From: Bacteroidales bacterium
GTDB taxonomy: Bacteria; Bacteroidota; Bacteroidia; Bacteroidales; JBKEBB01
Assembly (NCBI GenBank): GCA_047972845.1
Contig: JBKEBB010000286.1
Coordinates: 1-39,398, forward strand
Reading direction: 5' to 3'
DNA length: 39,398 nucleotides
This document shows positions 36,096 through 39,398 of this stretch, in pieces. A program made the position numbers and the translations under genes. Below the pieces are notes generated by a model. The model ran no database searches and was not told the origin of the DNA. It saw only the letters and a program-made list of their open reading frames with translations. Numbering within the stretch: position 1 is the first letter of the stretch; each line of letters opens with the position of its first letter.

Positions 36096-36165
36096 TGTTT
36101 TTCATGGTATTAGATTTAAGGTTAAGGGAGATTGGTTGTCGTGAGACAACCTTTCTTTATTTTAT
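36096..36165 (+). ncRNA. Candidate small RNA (about 65-70 nt) defined only by a promoter box and a terminator
   Basis: The predicted TSS lies about 6-8 nt after the -7 box. The transcript would end at the GGTTGTC-GTGA-GACAACC hairpin plus TTTCTTTATTTT. No homology to any RNA family I recognise. Confidence 0.3.
36134..36165 (+). terminator. Rho-independent terminator
   Basis: 7-bp GC-containing stem GGTTGTC/GACAACC with a GTGA tetraloop. It can be extended by AGA/TCT across a 2x2 internal loop. TTTCTTTATTTT follows. Confidence 0.65.
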
Positions 36166-36409
36166 ACCTATTCGAATCAATCATCAATCCTCTTCCTTTC
36201 TTGTTTGGAGATAGTCCAAATACCAATCTCTCCCCCCTCTTATATATTCCCACATGTACGCTGTGACTCTCATTCGTGAGGAAATCTAATCAAAATTCAT
36301 ATTCCTCTGTTAATTCAACGTAATGGATCGTTTTTTTATACTCTTCTATACATTCGATCTAAAAAAAAAGTACTCCCTTTGAGCCCAATTTTATAACGTA
36401 TTCAATGCG

Positions 36410-37843
36410 ATGAGTAATAAAAAAAGTTTCTTCAACAAAATAGTTCGGAATACCAAGACTCGCATCAAGAGATCCTTTCAGAAGTTCAAACGAAGAGTTC
36501 TACGTACAGATATCGAACGGATCCTCACGCTGGGATACGTTTCGAAGGTTCCCCAACGACAACTGACTGTCGGTTATCTATCCTATATCATCGCTGGAAC
36601 GGCTCTGTTGCTGCTTCCATTCATGACCAACAGTCATGCCTCGTTCTTGGATCATCTATTTACAGCGACATCAGCGGTTTCAACCACCGGACTTTCGACG
36701 GTCGATGTTAGTCAGACATATACCTTCTGGGGACAATTAGTCATCCTACTAATGATTCAATTGGGAGGATTAGGCTATATGACCATCAGCTCTTTTGCTA
36801 TGCTTCGAATGACAAAACACTTCACCCAAATTAAATCGGGTATAATGAATGCCGAATTCTCGCGTCCGGCAAATATATCGATGAAAAATCTGGTGAACGG
36901 AATCATATCGTTCACCCTCCTTTTCGAAGTATTGGGGGCAATCGCCCTCTATCCAATGATGAAAACAGCAGGAGCGACATCTCCTCTTTGGAGTGCCGTT
37001 TTCCACAGCGTTTCCTCCTTCTGTACAGCCGGATTCAGCATTTACTCAGACAATCTGATGCAATTCTCCACCCATTGGGGAATCAACCTGGTAATTATGA
37101 TTCTAAGCTATGCGGGGGCGATGGGATTTATTGTGATGATCGATTTATGGAAAAAAATCACGGAGAAAGATTATCAGGTTAGCTTCACAACACAGATAAT
37201 ACTCGGAATAACGTTATTGATTTCAACGTGGGGAACCGTTCAACTCTACTTCTTCGATTCGTCCTTACAACAATTTGATGCAGCCGACCGTTTTCTGGTA
37301 GCTCTCTTTCAAACCATGTCCGCACTCACCACCGTGGGTTACAACTCCATTGATATCACTTCCCTCTATCCGCTTTCACTTCTCACGTTGGTAGTGGTGA
37401 TGTATCTGGGAGCCTCCCCCTCAGGTACGGGAGGTGGTCTGAAATCGACTACCACCTCGGCGGTTTATGCGTACGTAAAGAGCAAATTGAGTGAAGAGCG
37501 TGATGTCTATCTCTTCGGCCGTCGAATCCCCACTTATAGGGTTGACACCGCGTTGTCCACCTTCATATTCTATACCACCATTCTATTCATCGGAAGCTAC
37601 ATGCTTTGCACCACTGAAAAGCAAGACTACCTTCACCTGCTTTTCGAAGCGGCATCCGCCTTGGGAACAGTAGGCCTTTCAAGTGGCGTTTCTGCCGAGC
37701 TCACCTCCATTGGAAAGATAATCATCATCTCCTTGATGTTCGTCGGTCGTGTAGGAGTACTGACCATCGGTAACGCGATGCTAATTCGTATGACAAGAGC
37801 ATCTAAAAAGAAGTTGATTAAAGAGGACGATTTGGTTGTGTAG
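36410..37843 (+). CDS. trkH: TrkH/KtrB family potassium uptake membrane subunit
   Basis: Four pore-loop glycine motifs: QLGGLGYMT, FCTAGFS, LTTVGYNS and LGTVGLSSG. 477 aa. An unusually basic N-terminal extension of about 45 aa. Confidence 0.8.
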   Translation: MSNKKSFFNKIVRNTKTRIKRSFQKFKRRVLRTDIERILTLGYVSKVPQRQLTVGYLSYIIAGTALLLLPFMTNSHASFLDHLFTATSAVSTTGLSTVDVSQTYTFWGQLVILLMIQLGGLGYMTISSFAMLRMTKHFTQIKSGIMNAEFSRPANISMKNLVNGIISFTLLFEVLGAIALYPMMKTAGATSPLWSAVFHSVSSFCTAGFSIYSDNLMQFSTHWGINLVIMILSYAGAMGFIVMIDLWKKITEKDYQVSFTTQIILGITLLISTWGTVQLYFFDSSLQQFDAADRFLVALFQTMSALTTVGYNSIDITSLYPLSLLTLVVVMYLGASPSGTGGGLKSTTTSAVYAYVKSKLSEERDVYLFGRRIPTYRVDTALSTFIFYTTILFIGSYMLCTTEKQDYLHLLFEAASALGTVGLSSGVSAELTSIGKIIIISLMFVGRVGVLTIGNAMLIRMTRASKKKLIKEDDLVV

Positions 37844-37957
37844 ATTCTCTCATCTATTATCTGATACTCCACCTATCACGTAAGACTAATCGAGAAGATT
37901 CATTGTTATCAAGAACAGGCTATTTTGTCTATTCGAACAGGTCCGATTGCCATTCCG

Positions 37958-38009
37958 CTGTACATCGTACTCTATGCTGCTATACAGCAGAATTGAGTAC
38001 GATGTACAG
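37958..38009. repeat. Perfect 15-bp inverted repeat with a 22-nt spacer
   Basis: CTGTACATCGTACTC (37958-37972) / GAGTACGATGTACAG (37995-38009). The spacer holds a nested 5-bp stem (CTGCT/AGCAG). No T-tract on either side. Confidence 0.85.
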
Positions 38010-38139
38010 GGCAAAATCAAACAGAGTGATCCTATAAACTAAAAATCCAAATCTGATTCAGGAATAGGATAGCAAACATATCTTATAATAAGGGTTACTA
38101 TTTGCTTAATTGGTATCTTCATTCTAATTTTGTTGGATA

Positions 38140-38529
38140 ATGAGTTATCACGCATTTACATTCATCCATACGAACAAGTTATTTGGTAGGCTGATATGCC
38201 TGCTCCTCCTCTGTTCTGTTCCATCATACTCTGCGGGAGGCAATTTCGCCTTTCAGCCGGATAATGATGAGAAAAAAGAGTGTATCATAGATAAAACTCC
38301 TCTCGACTTTCATTCAGTCGAAAACAATGTAAGATCAAACCGAAGGATGAAATGGCAATCGCCCTCCGGCGAATGGCATAATACCCCTTCGATTTGCTTG
38401 ATGTTTGACTCGACCTCCTCACTATCTCCTAAAAATGCAGCTCAACTCTCTTCTTTGATTGAGTCACCCTATGGCTCTTGTGGAGGCAAGAAACAGAGAC
38501 ATATTGTTCTTTGTGTTTATCGAATTTAG
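38140..38529 (+). CDS. Hypothetical small secreted protein
   Basis: 129-aa ORF with a hydrophobic signal-like segment (RLICLLLLCSVPSYSA). No recognisable motifs. The region is more AT-rich than its surroundings. Coding status is uncertain. Confidence 0.35.
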   Translation: MSYHAFTFIHTNKLFGRLICLLLLCSVPSYSAGGNFAFQPDNDEKKECIIDKTPLDFHSVENNVRSNRRMKWQSPSGEWHNTPSICLMFDSTSSLSPKNAAQLSSLIESPYGSCGGKKQRHIVLCVYRI

Positions 38530-38633
38530 TGGTTTATCATTCTCCTATTTCTTTTCTTCAACTATTATTCTGCTCCTCATATTCAGAGAAGCAGTGTTTT
38601 TCTATTTATTAAACCATTAAATATTGATTTACA

Positions 38634-39164
38634 ATGAACACTAATGATATAAAGGCCTTATCGTCCTTAGAATTCTCTATTGTTAAAAGAAGATCTACCG
38701 TAAAAACCATCTTCTCAGCACTGATTATTGTTGTTGGAATAGCCTTTTTTGTACTAAGCCATTCGAACGGAGAATGGATTACAAAAACAATCCAAATGGC
38801 TCTATTTACTTGTGGCGTTTTTGTATTGACCGCCGGCATCATTCTCATCATTTGGGGAGCAAAAGAAAAAATCGATGCCACAACAGGAAAAACAATCCGA
38901 TCATGCACATTATATTATCCAACCGCTGAGTTGAATCGCGTGATGTATTTCATCGAGTCCAGAAACTTTAAATCGCTCAAAGAGATGAATCAAGATCCGA
39001 ATGGAGGACTCCAATTGGAGATTTATTTTTCAAATGATAAACAATTCGTAGCATTTCGTATCTTTGAATTCAAAAACTATACCTACGATTCGGTTTCAAC
39101 TGTGTATCGATTCGAGGGAGAAGAGGCGGAGAAGATACTCTCCTATTTGCAAATAAACACCTAA
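38634..39164 (+). CDS. Hypothetical membrane protein (two TM helices plus a soluble C-terminal domain)
   Basis: 176-aa ORF with two clear hydrophobic helices (IFSALIIVVGIAFFVL; ALFTCGVFVLTAGIILIIW). It ends 4 nt before the next gene. No recognisable family. Confidence 0.5.
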   Translation: MNTNDIKALSSLEFSIVKRRSTVKTIFSALIIVVGIAFFVLSHSNGEWITKTIQMALFTCGVFVLTAGIILIIWGAKEKIDATTGKTIRSCTLYYPTAELNRVMYFIESRNFKSLKEMNQDPNGGLQLEIYFSNDKQFVAFRIFEFKNYTYDSVSTVYRFEGEEAEKILSYLQINT

Positions 39165-39168
39165 ATAT

Positions 39169-39398
39169 ATGGAATTAGTTATACTGTATCTACTGTTTGC
39201 CCTATCCTTGTCTTTCATGTGCTCGGTTCTTGAAGCGGTATTGCTATCAACACCGGTATCCTACATCACTATGAAGGAGAATGAGGGAGTTCGTGGTGCA
39301 TCTCTGTTAATGCGATACAAACAGAACATTGACAGGCCTATCTCTGCCATATTATCGATCAATACGATTGCTCACACAATAGGAGCGGCGGGAGTGGG
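39169..39398 (+). CDS. CNNM/DUF21-domain (HlyC/CorC-type 'hemolysin family') transporter, N-terminal part; runs off the window
   Basis: Not in the ORF track because no stop codon is reached. My translation from the ATG at 39169 is MELVILYLLFALSLSFMCSVLEAVLLSTPVSYITMKENEGVRGASLLMRYKQNIDRPISAILSINTIAHTIGAAGV. The ILSINTIAHTIGA block is typical of the DUF21 TM domain. Confidence 0.7.
   Translation, partial: MELVILYLLFALSLSFMCSVLEAVLLSTPVSYITMKENEGVRGASLLMRYKQNIDRPISAILSINTIAHTIGAAGV

Noticed and set aside
36104-36214. 36-codon ORF (MVLDLRLREIGCRETTFLYFIPIRINHQSSSFLVWR) starting inside the candidate sRNA.
   Set aside because: It reads straight through the intrinsic terminator hairpin and U-tract, and has no signal-peptide or TM character. 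It is more likely non-coding.
36170-36409. Possible c-di-AMP (ydaO-type) or other riboswitch in the long leader upstream of the potassium transporter gene trkH.
   Set aside because: I could not find the paired ACGGGGA/CCCG-type conserved cores or any pseudo-symmetric architecture. The stretch is AT-rich with only short hairpins.
1-39398. Scan for CRISPR arrays, tRNA/rRNA genes, IS elements, integrases and prophage or conjugative modules.
   Set aside because: I found no regularly spaced direct repeats of 25 bp or more, no cloverleaf-type GTTCGAATC T-arm contexts outside coding sequence, and no transposase or integrase-like translations in any frame of the ORF track.

Overview
This 39.4-kb window looks like chromosomal DNA from a Bacteroidota (Bacteroidales-type) genome. 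Three things support that: TTTG-N19/20-TAnnTTTG promoters, no Shine-Dalgarno sequences, and a T9SS C-terminal sorting domain. I could not name the species. About 38 protein genes are packed on both strands, mostly housekeeping and envelope functions:
- M3 peptidase, CaCA antiporter, dCMP deaminase, S41 protease, MTHFS, TyrA, LpxH and an OPT transporter
- PfkB kinase, TrmB, Mrp/ApbC, FolP, HU, RdgB, dihydroorotase, an AGCS symporter and TrkH

I found no tRNA or rRNA genes, CRISPR arrays, IS elements, integrases or prophage genes.

The stretches most worth a second look:
1. A textbook cobalamin riboswitch (about 6168-6365) drives a tight three-gene unit ending in a terminator. The genes are a DUF6580-like membrane protein, the CobO adenosyltransferase and an orphan bacterial Dph6-like PP-loop ATPase. 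This suggests an undescribed corrinoid-salvage step.
2. An arsR / thioredoxin-like / ArsC-like / arsP operon in which the ArsC-like protein lacks both the nucleophilic Cys and the third redox Cys, and carries a Cys-rich tail.
3. A PF13350-type tyrosine phosphatase homolog with no catalytic Cys.
4. Three palindromic GGTGTACAC(C) motifs phased exactly 22 bp apart, lying between two convergent genes.
5. A promoter-plus-terminator unit of about 70 nt with no gene, which is a candidate sRNA.

Every functional call rests on motifs I recognised by eye in the supplied translations. No database search was run.
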